From: Pelagomonas calceolata
Taxonomy: Eukaryota
Direction: 5' to 3'
DNA length: 64,000 nucleotides
Assembly (NCBI GenBank): GCA_918797485.1
Contig: CAKKNE010000003.1
Span: 1,364,001-1,428,000, forward strand
Under the pieces are notes generated by a model. The model was not told the origin of the DNA. It saw only the letters and a program-made list of their open reading frames with translations, and made no database searches. Of this stretch, positions 19,465 through 30,428 are shown piece by piece. A program made the translations under genes and the position numbers. Within the stretch, counting starts at the first letter, position 1. Each line of letters starts with the position of its first letter.

Positions 19465-22400
19465 CTACAATAGGTCCAGCTTCCGGCCGCTCGACCCGAT
19501 GCCGACGGGAGAGCTAGGTTTTCTCCCACTCGACGACCCACCGAGCGGAGAGCCACCAGCGGATGGAGGTACCGGCGTCGGCGGCCGCGAGTCCTTCGCC
19601 GGCGTCTGCATCGACGCGACGCGCTCCAAGACGCCCGGCGAGTCGGGCCGGCGCATGGGCGTGTCCGAGGCGAGGCGCGACGAGGGCACGGGCGCGTCCT
19701 CGTCCGGCGCCGCTACTAAATAGTCCGCGACGCGGTCCACAATTGTAGAGGTCTTCTCCTCGGGCAGGCCTATTGAATCGACGACGGACACCAGCGCTCG
19801 TAAGACGGCGGCGTGGGCCCTCAAACTCTTGAGTAATTCCGCCGCGGGCCCCGTCTCCCTCCTAAGTCGATTGCGGATCCACAGCAACCCACCGCCGTCG
19901 TCCGCCCGCACGAAGGCCGCGCCGCCTCGGTGCACGTACTGCCGCGTCACGACCCCCTTTGTGCCATTTCGAGGCGTCCGCTGCGCCGCCGACGAGGCTG
20001 CCACTGCTGATGCGGAATCCCGCACGAAATCTAGCCGAGCCGTCAGCGCCCGCTCGACGGCCGCCGACACCTTTTGAGACTTAAGAGCGCCGTTCAGGAT
20101 GGGCACGTGCGCGATGAAGGGATGGATATTGACCCGGACCGTGTACTCCGGCACTTGTACTAGTGTCAAGCGCAGCTGCGTCGCTCGCCTTCTGACAGCT
20201 TGGAGAAAGTCTCCCACCACATGCCCCGAGCAGAGTAACCAATGTAATGCTAATCGATAACACCGGTCTCTAGCGACCACAGAGTCACATTCAAGAGCGA
20301 GCCACTCGTCGCGCCAGCCGCCGTCGCTTTCTAATCCTAGTCCTAGTAACCGAGGTCTTCGGTATAGCGAAGTGCTACCTTCGACCCGACCCACATCTAG
20401 TGGAGCTTCACCCTGGCGTCTTTTACCATTTAGGAACGCCTCGAATTTAGAAAAGCGCGTCGCGTAGTCGTCGCCCTCCAGATCGTCTTGGAGTCGAGGC
20501 GGCACGACCGCTAACAGTACCCTTCTTAGTTTGACCGACTCCAGAGTGACAGACGGCGGCAGATAGCCCGCCAAGACCTGATCTAAAGTGTTCCAGTTCG
20601 TCTCCGGCGCGGGATATTTCAGAAACGTCTGTTTCTTCGTCTCGAAGGTCCCCGTCTCGCCGCACCACAGTCCATACTGGTAATCGAACCTGTTGGCCGG
20701 GTCCGCATTTGAACCGAATCTTGACCGGTAGGCCCTTACATCCACTCGTCGCTCGACGCGATTATAAGCTAATACTTGTATGCGATGGCCCATCGACAAC
20801 GTGTAGATCGACGGCTTCTGGGTTCTCGACCGCCGCCGTTGCGACGGGGGAAACAAGTCGCGCGCGTTGTGCAGGGACCGGTCCATCTGTTGCGCGACGC
20901 GGCCCTCGAGCGTGGGCTGCGACGCGTCCCTTCTGAGCGAGGGTGGCCTTTCTTGGGCATCTTCGACGAGCTGATAATCGCCCGCGATCCTTTGCGCGAC
21001 CATCTGCGCGACCGTCTCGGCCGCCGCTTCGTCCGTACTCACCGTAAAGACAATCGAATGGTTCGCCTCCTCGAAGGCGTTGGCTCTCCCAAAATCCTCC
21101 GGCAATACGTCGGTCTCGACGGGTAGTACTGCTGGTGTACTCAGTGAACGCCAATTGGGGCCCGGCACCCTGCCAGCCTCGGCCAACTGAAACTCGTCCT
21201 CGCCGTCCGGGAAGACGTGGGACCACCTCCTCCTATTGTGACTGAGTCGCTGGAGGACATCAAATTCGTCGTCCTTACGGAACGGATTCACAAACCGCAG
21301 GTGCGCGGGCGCGTCGGCGAGCCGGTCGGGGTCCTCCTGGTGGACCCGCGACGCTTTGGAGGTTTGCTGGCGCTTCTCCTGGGACGCGAGCTCGTTGTGG
21401 AGTAACGACGCGCCTTGGCGCGGCGGCGAGGCCTTCTTGTTCACTAGTCTCGTCTCGTCGGAGGGTCGGCGCTGTTTCGTCGGTCTCGGCGGTGGCGGCC
21501 TGGCTGCCGCTATCGCTTGAGAACCCCCAAGTAAACCAGCGCCCGGGATGGGTCTCGGTGGTGATTGGCCCTTCGTGATCGGATCGCCAAAAGAAGCCCC
21601 TCTTCTCCGACGCATCGGGGGCTGGCTCCGGGCCAAGAAAGAGCTCTCCTGGGGCGGGCTCCCGAACTCACCGGTTATTGTCCTTGAAGGTTTGATGTGA
21701 GGAGTCTCGTCGGCCGGGTCGCCGTAGTAGGCCATCATGTCGTGGGCGTCGAACTTGGCCGCGAGGTCCTCCGGCGCCGGTGTGGGAGGTGGTCGCGGGC
21801 GCGTCGCGAGTTGTCGCGGTCGCTGTTGACTGCCTGATAGCGTTCTTCTCGAGACGGGAGGCGATTTCGAGGCCGTCGTGGAGAGACTTCCGGCGAAGGA
21901 CGCCGCGACGTCGTAGGCATAGGGTAAGGCCTCGTCGTCCTCTTCACTCAGCATCGACGGCGTCCGTCGATGAGTCTGGTCAGGCGTATCGTCTGGTGTC
22001 GACTTGTCCCTCCAAGACAGAGATACTCCACTATCCGACGGGCTTCCGAGGTGGAGCCAGGGCCGCCAGGGCGCGCCGGCCGACGACGCGAGCGACGACG
22101 CGTCCTCATTGGACGCATGCCCTAGAGACTGGGCCAGGTTCCCCGGACTCCCGAACGATACGGACTCTTGCCTATCTCTCGAGGACTTTTTCTGCTGGAT
22201 GAAGCGTCGAGGTCGTTGGAGAGGCGGTTGCGACGTGTCTAGCTCCGCCCCCACCAAGTGAGCGAGCAAATCCGGGACACGCCTTCGTCGCTGAGCTAAT
22301 GCTCGTAACCTCACTTGTTGCTCCTGATCCACAACGGGCTTCAACTCCTCCTCCTCCGGTTCCGTCGTAAGCAGATCCAAGCGCGCCATGCGCCAGCCGT

Positions 22401-23748
22401 CGCGAGCGCGTCGAGGCGCCGCGGCAGCGACCCAAGCGAGCGCGTCGGCCGCTCGCTCGGGGTCGACGAACGACAAATTGATCCAATGAGGAACCTCGTA
22501 GGCCGTAGCTTTCGTGTTGTTGATCCCTCTATGCATGAAGATGGGCGCCGTGTGGAGAGGGGGCACCGCTAGCGACAACATGTCCATGCCAATCCCATTA
22601 TCCATCATGCGCTGCTTCGTAACTCTCGCGAGTCGCGCGTCGACGGCGAAGACGCCACTCCCGGCGGAGATCAAGACTATCGAATTTCCTGTTCTTTGGA
22701 CGTCTCTATCCATGTAGTGCTTCTCCAGTACGTTTAGGGTGAGGTTGATGGCCTCCAGCACGTTGCCGTCGGCGGCGCGGCAGACTCGCAATTCATTCGG
22801 CGGCACTACTGATGCTAGGGATGCGGCGAAGGCCACTAATTCTCGTTTCAGGGCTGATACGAGTGTAGCTGGTTCCGCCTTCGAAGCGGCCTCGTTTTCT
22901 AGCACTACTCGGTAGACGTCTCTGTGTCGCTCGATGCCGCCGCCCGAGACTCGCGCAAACAACACCACGGACAGGGAGTGGTTCACGTCTAATTTCCTCC
23001 ACCTCTGGAGCAAGGGTGCCGCGAAACCGTCGACGAGTCGCTCCACATGCGTCGCGCCGTCCGCCCCACCGGTGGGCTCCCAGGACTCGTAGGACAATTG
23101 CACCAACCAAAAAATGCGTGAAGATCTTGTTCTGAATGTCAATCGCGTCGACGCAACAACACACCCCGACGCGAGCACGCCACAAGATTCTTTCGCTCTC
23201 AGGACGTTCGTCGACGCGCGCATGCCGCCGACCGCGACATGTTGCCCGACATGCAACGTCCTGCCAATCACCAACCGCTTGAAGCGCCACAGGTCCGCCC
23301 GCGACACGAACTGGTCCTTGAACATGAATTCCACGTACTCGGCCGCAGCTTCATTGGCGGGGTCGTTGCACGGTTCTACAGAAGCGTCGGCCCAGGGCGC
23401 GACGTCGAAGGCCTCGGCCACCGGTTTCAGGAGTGACAAAGCGAATCTTTTCGACTTTGTGGTCTCGTCCTCGTCCTTCATGAGCGTGGCCCTCAAAACG
23501 ACGCGCGCGGACTCGTTGTTCTTCGTGCTGAAGTCGACGAAGACGACACCTCCGTCTTTTACATCTGGAAAAGCTGTTGGCGAGACTAATAACTCTTCGC
23601 TGCTAAACGACGAGTCGTGGACGAAGACCTTGACCGTACTGGTTTGTGGTTCCTCGGCCGGCTTCTGTTCCGGACTCGTCTCCATTTTTTTCTCTTGCGC
23701 CGCGTCTCTTATGTACAAAAATGCGAGGTCGCTGGCGCTTCGGCGCAT
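19465..23748 (-). CDS. DEPDC5: GATOR1 subunit DEPDC5/IML1
   Basis: FKDQFVSRADLWR, GNVLEAINLTLNV..HYMDRD..RTG, TKQRMMDNGIGMD..PPLH..P.F, NRRRWSHVFP, WRSLSTPAVLP. Confidence 0.92.
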   Translation of the reverse strand: MRRSASDLAFLYIRDAAQEKKMETSPEQKPAEEPQTSTVKVFVHDSSFSSEELLVSPTAFPDVKDGGVVFVDFSTKNNESARVVLRATLMKDEDETTKSKRFALSLLKPVAEAFDVAPWADASVEPCNDPANEAAAEYVEFMFKDQFVSRADLWRFKRLVIGRTLHVGQHVAVGGMRASTNVLRAKESCGVLASGCVVASTRLTFRTRSSRIFWLVQLSYESWEPTGGADGATHVERLVDGFAAPLLQRWRKLDVNHSLSVVLFARVSGGGIERHRDVYRVVLENEAASKAEPATLVSALKRELVAFAASLASVVPPNELRVCRAADGNVLEAINLTLNVLEKHYMDRDVQRTGNSIVLISAGSGVFAVDARLARVTKQRMMDNGIGMDMLSLAVPPLHTAPIFMHRGINNTKATAYEVPHWINLSFVDPERAADALAWVAAAAPRRARDGWRMARLDLLTTEPEEEELKPVVDQEQQVRLRALAQRRRRVPDLLAHLVGAELDTSQPPLQRPRRFIQQKKSSRDRQESVSFGSPGNLAQSLGHASNEDASSLASSAGAPWRPWLHLGSPSDSGVSLSWRDKSTPDDTPDQTHRRTPSMLSEEDDEALPYAYDVAASFAGSLSTTASKSPPVSRRTLSGSQQRPRQLATRPRPPPTPAPEDLAAKFDAHDMMAYYGDPADETPHIKPSRTITGEFGSPPQESSFLARSQPPMRRRRGASFGDPITKGQSPPRPIPGAGLLGGSQAIAAARPPPPRPTKQRRPSDETRLVNKKASPPRQGASLLHNELASQEKRQQTSKASRVHQEDPDRLADAPAHLRFVNPFRKDDEFDVLQRLSHNRRRWSHVFPDGEDEFQLAEAGRVPGPNWRSLSTPAVLPVETDVLPEDFGRANAFEEANHSIVFTVSTDEAAAETVAQMVAQRIAGDYQLVEDAQERPPSLRRDASQPTLEGRVAQQMDRSLHNARDLFPPSQRRRSRTQKPSIYTLSMGHRIQVLAYNRVERRVDVRAYRSRFGSNADPANRFDYQYGLWCGETGTFETKKQTFLKYPAPETNWNTLDQVLAGYLPPSVTLESVKLRRVLLAVVPPRLQDDLEGDDYATRFSKFEAFLNGKRRQGEAPLDVGRVEGSTSLYRRPRLLGLGLESDGGWRDEWLALECDSVVARDRCYRLALHWLLCSGHVVGDFLQAVRRRATQLRLTLVQVPEYTVRVNIHPFIAHVPILNGALKSQKVSAAVERALTARLDFVRDSASAVAASSAAQRTPRNGTKGVVTRQYVHRGGAAFVRADDGGGLLWIRNRLRRETGPAAELLKSLRAHAAVLRALVSVVDSIGLPEEKTSTIVDRVADYLVAAPDEDAPVPSSRLASDTPMRRPDSPGVLERVASMQTPAKDSRPPTPVPPSAGGSPLGGSSSGRKPSSPVGIGSSGRKLDLL

Positions 23749-24090
23749 GCGCTGGTGGCTCTGATATTATTGGTGCACGGCGCGCGCGGCGCGGTGCGAC
23801 ACTCTGCTGAGAGCAGTTGTCTGGTCTAACACTTCTGCGTGCCGCTGGGAGCTGTTGCTTTGCAGCAGTAACTGTGATGCCGTCCTTGTCACCACGGCAA
23901 CCACAGATTTGAGACACTCGCCCGCAGGGCCTCCGCAGCACTCTGCACCGCGACCGGGAGGAGCTAGCGTGTCGAGACACACTAGCACTGTCCGGAGGCG
24001 TGCGAGTGCGTGTAGACTCAACCAGGAGAAAAGATACGATAAATTCGACTTAGAAGAAACGACAATAAAAACGGCACACCAAAGGATGGA

Positions 24091-25104
24091 TCACGCCAGC
24101 GCGATCCGCTCCCGCGCCGTCAGCACGGACTCGAAGTTGTGCCGCGGCGCCTCGTCGACCGCCGAGAGCTCGACATCATCCTCCACGACCAAACCGCAGA
24201 CGACCGCGACGTCGTCCTCCTTGCCGCCCTCGAAGCTCAAGCCGTCGTCGCGCGCCGACGCCGCGAAGGGCGTCACGGCCGCGTCCTCTCCCGCTATTGA
24301 GACTGCGACCCCTGCCAACGTCTCCGCGAGCGCGTCCAACGCTTCGCGCGCGGGGTCCCGGCCCGCGGCGTCGTCCGTCATGCGCTGGACGCGTTTTGAT
24401 AAACCACCAAAGGCGTTCTGGTGCGCCGCCGCGGCCCAGAGCGCCGGTAATCGGGGAGCGATAGTTGCCAGGGTCGTACTATCGAAGACGTTGTCCCAGT
24501 AGCCGTCCGTCGCCGCAATCACCAGGTCGCCGCTCCTCACATGCGCGGCGATGGTGTCCGCGCCGCAGGCGCCCAAATCAGCATCGGCGGGCGCCTCGTC
24601 CGACGCCGAGGCCTGGTAAGGACAATTGAAATAATGGGTTTGGTCGTGGGTCCTTAGTAGTATCCGCGGCCACAATTGTACAACGTCGCCTCGTTTGCGC
24701 GGCGTCGGCCTCAGCACGATCAAGGCGGAGTCGCCGAGGTTCGAGACAGAAAGCGTCGCGTCGTCAAGAGTGGCGACCAACAGAGTCGACGAGCCGCCCT
24801 TTTTGCACAAGACGTCGTCCTTGACCGCCTCCCTTGCTTTCGCGACGGCCTCGTCCGCGGGTCGCCTCTCGGTCACCGCGTGCGCCAATAAACGTCGGCT
24901 GAACGCCCCAGGGTCGACGCCCTCGCGCTTCGACCCGCCGACGCCGTCGGCGACGCCCAACGCCGCCTGCCGCGACGACGCGTAGAAGGCGTCCTCGCCG
25001 TCCTTTTTATCCGGGTGGGGCACGAGGTGGGCGCCGACGAGGAGCTTGAGCGTGCGCCGCGGCGTGCGTGGGCGCAGCGCCCTTGTGGTCGCACTACGCA
25101 GCAT
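24091..25104 (-). CDS. PTC7: PP2C phosphatase, PTC7-like, with probable organellar leader
   Basis: GEDAF, GVADGVGG, NLGDS, QTHYFNCPYQ, ATDGYWDN, GGKEDD. Confidence 0.9.
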   Translation of the reverse strand: MLRSATTRALRPRTPRRTLKLLVGAHLVPHPDKKDGEDAFYASSRQAALGVADGVGGSKREGVDPGAFSRRLLAHAVTERRPADEAVAKAREAVKDDVLCKKGGSSTLLVATLDDATLSVSNLGDSALIVLRPTPRKRGDVVQLWPRILLRTHDQTHYFNCPYQASASDEAPADADLGACGADTIAAHVRSGDLVIAATDGYWDNVFDSTTLATIAPRLPALWAAAAHQNAFGGLSKRVQRMTDDAAGRDPAREALDALAETLAGVAVSIAGEDAAVTPFAASARDDGLSFEGGKEDDVAVVCGLVVEDDVELSAVDEAPRHNFESVLTARERIALA

Positions 25105-25414
25105 GGGAAATGATGGGAAGCACTTATATGAAGGCCTGGGGCTGTAATTCGCCTGCCAATCCAGCAGCGCCGCGGCAGCTGGCTTTGCGCTAGTGTCTTA
25201 CCGACGCTAGCTGCGCAGGCTGCGCGCTTGGGCAATTAGGGCAAACAGGAGCAAGCAGGGACGGTCTGGACACATTAGCATTGCCACAATCGATACGTGC
25301 AAAGACACGACTGGCAGTTTTGCGCGTGGTGCCACTGGTGGCTCCCAGCAGTGCACTGCTCTCACAAGAGTGCAGGGCTCAAACGTGCTCAAAACGTGCT
25401 CATAGCGGGCACAA

Positions 25415-26473
25415 ATGAGCTCGGACGACGAGGATGAGGCCTCAGCACGCCTCGTGGCAGCCGTGCGGCTGGCCGAGGCCGGTGCCACGGCGCGAGCGAC
25501 CGGCGACGAGAAGAAGGCCAAGAAGCGCTACCGCAAGGCCGTGAAGCAAGCCGCCGCCGCCTGCACGAGCGGTGTCGCCTCCGCCGCCGCGCTCGCCGAG
25601 GACCTGTTGACCCGGGTCGAGCAGCACGACGCGCCCACCGAAGCTCTGCCGGACCTGCGCACGAATATCGAAGATCTCGACGACGCGGCGACCGCGCTGG
25701 CGGCCGGCGGCGTTTGTCTGCTGGAGGAATGCGTGCACGTCACGGAGGCCGGCGGCATGATGCAGAGTGCATACATCACGTTGGATCTCGTCCGGGCCGC
25801 CACGCGCGACCAGTACGGCGACGACGCGCATTTCTCGTTCAAGGAGGCGGCGCGGCGCTGCAAGGGCCGCATCGACGCGCGGCTCGACGCGAGCGACGTG
25901 GAACCGTGGTCCATGGCCACGAAGGCCCTCCGCGACTACGCCGCACACCTCAGCGACGTGCTCCGGCCGTTGATCGATCGCGTCCTGGGCGACGACGCGA
26001 AGTTGGCCTACGTGGGCCTCGTGTCGTCGGGCCCCGGCTCGGTCGCGCAGCCGTGGCACGCCGACGGCGTGCCGCTCTTCCCCGGCAGCAACGACCTGCC
26101 GGCGCACGCTTTGAACTGCTTCGCGCCGATCGTGAATGTTTCGAGACGAATGGGCCCGACCGAGTTCGTGCCCGCGTCGCACAAGCCGGGCCCCGTGGCG
26201 CGCGCGCTGGAAGCCGCGCTGCAGCGGGGCCGCGAGCCGGCCGACGTCTTCAGCCCGGAGCTCTCCGTCGGCGACGTTTTGGTCTACGACCAGCGGACGG
26301 TGCACCGCGGCGTCCCGAACCGGACGAAGGACGAGCGGCCCATCCTCTACCTGTTGTTCGCGCGCCCCTGGTTCCGAGAACACATAAACTTCGGGGAGAC
26401 GTCGCTCTTCGACCGGAATCGCGACCGGCGCCCGGCAGCGAAGAAGAAGCGGCGACGGCCGGCGCCAGAGTAA
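25415..26473 (+). CDS. Phytanoyl-CoA dioxygenase (PhyH) family protein
   Basis: QPWHAD, GPTEFVPASH, GDVLVYDQRTVHRG..N...RPILY. Confidence 0.88.
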   Translation: MSSDDEDEASARLVAAVRLAEAGATARATGDEKKAKKRYRKAVKQAAAACTSGVASAAALAEDLLTRVEQHDAPTEALPDLRTNIEDLDDAATALAAGGVCLLEECVHVTEAGGMMQSAYITLDLVRAATRDQYGDDAHFSFKEAARRCKGRIDARLDASDVEPWSMATKALRDYAAHLSDVLRPLIDRVLGDDAKLAYVGLVSSGPGSVAQPWHADGVPLFPGSNDLPAHALNCFAPIVNVSRRMGPTEFVPASHKPGPVARALEAALQRGREPADVFSPELSVGDVLVYDQRTVHRGVPNRTKDERPILYLLFARPWFREHINFGETSLFDRNRDRRPAAKKKRRRPAPE

Positions 26474-26951
26474 TCGACTTGTAGGATGTATCTTGAAGCC
26501 TCGACGCGCCGACGGGCGTTCGGCCGGATTTCTGTGACGGTGCTAGTGCCAGCCGGCAGGGTCTATGGGCGGAGCTTCTAGGGGGGGAGCCACCGCGCGT
26601 CGGGCGTCAGGCCGCACCAGTGTACCAGCGCGATGCGAGCGGTCTTTTCAAGAAGATCCAGAAGACTCCGTCCGAGCTGGGAGGGGATGCAGAGACCTCC
26701 GCCAGCGAGCTTCACCCTAGCGCGTTTTCAGCCCGGCGCGGGGCGCGCTTCTGGACAGCGACGTTTATTGCGGCGCGCCGCCCCTACCGCCACGCGCAGC
26801 AGCCCCACGGCGCGCGCGGCCCTTTTGCCTTCGGCAGAAGCAGCCCGCATCGCAAAAAGGCAGGCCAGCGCGGCGGTTCTGTCATAACAGCACACAGCGA
26901 GGCAGGGCGCAGAAGCAGCCCCCGCGCCGCAAACCGGTATAAAGTAGTAAG

Positions 26952-28844
26952 ATGGGCCTCGGCCGCAGCAAGGAGGAGGAGCCGCCCGACGATGCGGCGC
27001 CCCCGGCGCCGGCCGAGACGCCGCCGGCGGCGGGGATCACCTCCGACGAGGAGGAGGCCGTCCAGGTGCGCAAGGCGGCGCGCGCGCGGCGCGTCAAGGG
27101 CATCACGGGCAGCCCCGGCGTCCACTCCTTCCACAAGCAGAAGAACTGGGGCGGCGAGACGCCTTCTAGGAGACAAGAACTAGCCCGCCGCGTGCAGGAG
27201 CACCACGACGCCATTTTTGACACCGACGCGACGATGTTCGACGCGTCGCAGAGGGATGTGGGCGTCTTCGAAATTATTGATGGGCCCTACACGCCCCCCA
27301 TGACGCTCGACGAGTACGAGGAGGAACTCGATGGCGAGGAGTACAAGTCGTCGTGGGACGAGTTGTTTTTCGATTTAGCATTAGTGGCGGCCTTCGGCAT
27401 GCTCGCGAACATTTTGAGGGCGGGCGGCCACAAGAGCCCGCACGACCACGGCGAGGACGAGCACCACGACGACCACGAGGACCATCGCCGCTTATCGGGC
27501 GGCTTTGAGCTCGTGCCCACTTCCTTCCACAACGCCATCATCCTTTATTGTCTTGAGACGTCGGCCGTCATTGCGGTAAGACGCTTCACGGACGGTCATA
27601 GGAGCCAGTGGCGCCGCAACGACCTCGTCGGTAGCGTACTACTCCTAGCTCGGGCCGTCTGCGTGTTGGGGATGGCCGCCTGCGCCATTGATGCGGAGGA
27701 GGGCATCTGGCGCTTCCACGCGTTTGCTGTTGTGGCTAATGGTATTGGTCTGATATCAGTGTTAGATTCGTTATGGTCGCGGCCCAAGCGCTGGAGAACA
27801 TTAAAAACGGAAGCCATCAACCTGACGCTGAACATCGTCTTCTCGCTCATTTACGCCTGCCTCTTCTGCCCCCAGATCGGCGACATGATGACGCGGCACA
27901 CCGAGGACCACGAAGATAAGGTGCGGAACACGGCGGCCGACATCGCTTTCCTCATCTGGGGCCTCTACACGCCCTTCATGTTCTGCGGGTCCTGGATGCT
28001 GCCCGGCGCCGGCATCGCGATCGGCGAGCACGAGCACCACCACGACGAGGAGCGGGGCCACGACTACTACGTGAACCATGATGGGATCGTGCCGGTGAAC
28101 GTCGAGTACGTCTCGGAAAGATTTGGGTTATTGATCATCATCACGTGCGGCGAGTCGTTATTTGCCGGCGCGGCCATCGTCGCGTCGTCGAGGAGCATGC
28201 TGAGTTTGTTGATGGCCGGGTTATGTGTCTATTTCGCTCTCCTGGTCAAGTTACTGTATTTCGAGCTGCAGGGCCACGTGAGCGAGCACGCCATGGACAT
28301 TAGTCAAATAAATGGGGTGCTGTGGACGCTGGCCCATCTGCCGGTCTTCGTGTGCTCGGCCGGAGCCGGGGCGGTCTTGCACTGGGCGGCCATCGACCCG
28401 CAGGAGAACCGGTGGCAGATCGACGAGCGCAACCTGTTTCTGGGGTTCACGTGCCTGCTCCTCTTCTCGCTGTCGCTCATCATGCTCCTCCACGGCCGCC
28501 TGCACAACGACCGCAAGCACTGGTGGACGAAGAAGTACACCCGGATCTTCGTGCGCATGGCGCTCTCGGTCATCATGATCTCGGGCATCCAGATCAAGGA
28601 CCACGACAACCTGTGGGTGCTCATCTACGTCTGCTCGTTCATGACGGTGGACTTCATCTACGAGTTCGTTTGTAAAAGAGCGATCTCCTCAGAACACGCC
28701 CGCGAGGTCAAGGAGCACTCCTCGCCGGATCTCAGCGCTTCCTCCAAGCACCACAAGCACCACAACAAGCACGATCATCATGCTTCGCCCGCGGCGCCGC
28801 CCGACCCGGCGCCGGCACCGGACGACCACAAGCACGAAGCCTAG
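26952..28844 (+). CDS. LtrA (low temperature requirement A)-like multi-pass membrane protein with His-rich loops
   Basis: SWDELFFDL and ERFGLLIIITCGES motifs; many TM helices. Confidence 0.8.
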   Translation: MGLGRSKEEEPPDDAAPPAPAETPPAAGITSDEEEAVQVRKAARARRVKGITGSPGVHSFHKQKNWGGETPSRRQELARRVQEHHDAIFDTDATMFDASQRDVGVFEIIDGPYTPPMTLDEYEEELDGEEYKSSWDELFFDLALVAAFGMLANILRAGGHKSPHDHGEDEHHDDHEDHRRLSGGFELVPTSFHNAIILYCLETSAVIAVRRFTDGHRSQWRRNDLVGSVLLLARAVCVLGMAACAIDAEEGIWRFHAFAVVANGIGLISVLDSLWSRPKRWRTLKTEAINLTLNIVFSLIYACLFCPQIGDMMTRHTEDHEDKVRNTAADIAFLIWGLYTPFMFCGSWMLPGAGIAIGEHEHHHDEERGHDYYVNHDGIVPVNVEYVSERFGLLIIITCGESLFAGAAIVASSRSMLSLLMAGLCVYFALLVKLLYFELQGHVSEHAMDISQINGVLWTLAHLPVFVCSAGAGAVLHWAAIDPQENRWQIDERNLFLGFTCLLLFSLSLIMLLHGRLHNDRKHWWTKKYTRIFVRMALSVIMISGIQIKDHDNLWVLIYVCSFMTVDFIYEFVCKRAISSEHAREVKEHSSPDLSASSKHHKHHNKHDHHASPAAPPDPAPAPDDHKHEA

Positions 28845-28963
28845 TCCATGGCGTCAAGGACTGCAGCAATTAATTCCCGCGCCGCGCGCCCCGCGGCCAT
28901 CGTACAACATTCTAAGTTACCACAAAGTCACAAGTTAGAAACGCCGCCGCGCCGGATCGCGAG

Positions 28964-30100
28964 TCAGCGGGGGCTCCGGAGCGGCTGCGTCATGCGGGGG
29001 TTCATGTGCCCAGGTATCGCCATGCTTGTCGCCGTTGCCGCGAGCGAGCGCGAGAGTCTGCTCGCCGGTGGAGGAGGAATCTGGGCAGCTCGTTTCGCCC
29101 GCTCCGCCTCGGCAAGCGCGGAAACGACTTTAACGCCGTCGCGGAACCGCGCCTGGAGCCGCCGCCGCGTGAGGTCGTCGACGTCGCAGCGGACCTCGAG
29201 CTGGGGCCGCGCCCGCGGCGTCGGCTCGTCCGTGTCCATGTCATCGAACGGATCCGCGCCGGCGCCCCAACAGGGCAGCACAACAGCCGGCGCGACTGCC
29301 CGGCTCGCCAGCACGCGTCCGAGAGTCGGTCCGTCGGCCCACGAGCAGCCCCGCACGTCGAGAAGGCGTAGGCCATCGAGCGCGTCCACCGCGTCGGCGG
29401 CGGCGCGCGGCGCCTGACCCGGCGTGCTCAGCGCCCGCGGCGCGAGCGTCAGCTCCTCGAGATCCGGCGCCGCAGCAATGAGCCGCCGCACGAACGCCGC
29501 CGTCGCGTGTGGGACGTCGAGCGCCAGCGCTCTGAGGCGAAGGCAGCCGGAGAACTGTTGAACCGGCGCACTATCCCAGGCTGACGCGGCGACAGCACCG
29601 GCGGACGACGGCACGATCTGATTGAGGCCGGCGTCGGTCACGCTTTCGCCAGCGATGGCCAAACGCTCGACGTCGGAGCCCACCACGAGTCCAATCAGAG
29701 CGTCGTCGAAGAGCCGTCGTTCCGACGCAACCGCCGCGATGGTCTCGAGCGCGCGGCCAGGTAGCAGCGAGAACACAGGCGCGGCGGCGTCCGGAGGATA
29801 TCTGTCTAAGTGAGCACCGATGACGCGTGAGCAGGCATCCAAGAGGGTGCCCGTCGGCGCCGGTGCTCTCAGGCCGAGCGCCGCTGGCGCGGCGGTCGTC
29901 CGCGGTCGCTTCGGCGCGCGCGGCAGCGCGGCGAGCAGTTCGCGCACCGAGAGCGTGGGCTGTGTGGTCCGTGGTCGCTCCGGCCGCGGGAGGAGGCGTT
30001 TCAGGTCGTCACGCGTGTCCCGCGCACGCATGCGGTCTTGCGCGGCGCGGCCGCGCTTGGAACCGGCGCCTTGGCTCTGCTTGCCTTTTTTGCGGCCCAT
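28964..30100 (-). CDS. Uncharacterised protein with RNI-like/LRR region
   Basis: 378-aa ORF; VTDAGL, CLRLRAL, LEELTL, LRLLDVRGCSW. Confidence 0.6.
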   Translation of the reverse strand: MGRKKGKQSQGAGSKRGRAAQDRMRARDTRDDLKRLLPRPERPRTTQPTLSVRELLAALPRAPKRPRTTAAPAALGLRAPAPTGTLLDACSRVIGAHLDRYPPDAAAPVFSLLPGRALETIAAVASERRLFDDALIGLVVGSDVERLAIAGESVTDAGLNQIVPSSAGAVAASAWDSAPVQQFSGCLRLRALALDVPHATAAFVRRLIAAAPDLEELTLAPRALSTPGQAPRAAADAVDALDGLRLLDVRGCSWADGPTLGRVLASRAVAPAVVLPCWGAGADPFDDMDTDEPTPRARPQLEVRCDVDDLTRRRLQARFRDGVKVVSALAEAERAKRAAQIPPPPASRLSRSLAATATSMAIPGHMNPRMTQPLRSPR

Positions 30101-30101
30101 G

Positions 30102-30180
30102 ACTACTGTGACGAATCACGTCTGCGCCCACGTCTGGTACTACTGTGACGAATCACGTCTGCGCCCACGTCTGCGCCCAC
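30102..30180. repeat. 35-bp direct repeat (2 copies) plus a partial third unit
   Basis: ACTACTGTGACGAATCACGTCTGCGCCCACGTCTG at 30102-30136 and 30139-30173. Confidence 0.9.
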
Positions 30181-30428
30181 CTTGGCTCTACTGAGACTGA
30201 GCCAGCACTGCTGGCTGGACAGGCCTCGCCCGCCTGAGATCCTCGAACGCTGCTGTACGTGGTCGACGGCTTGGCCTTGCGAGCCTCTCTATAGGGCGCC
30301 ACACGGCCACAACTACTCACGCTCACTCGTTGCTGGTCTGTGCTTGTGCTTGCTAGTGCCTTACATTCGCTAGCTTTTGTGGGCGCCGGGGCCGCGGGCA
30401 GCCTTACGCCATGGAAAAGCAGCCATAG

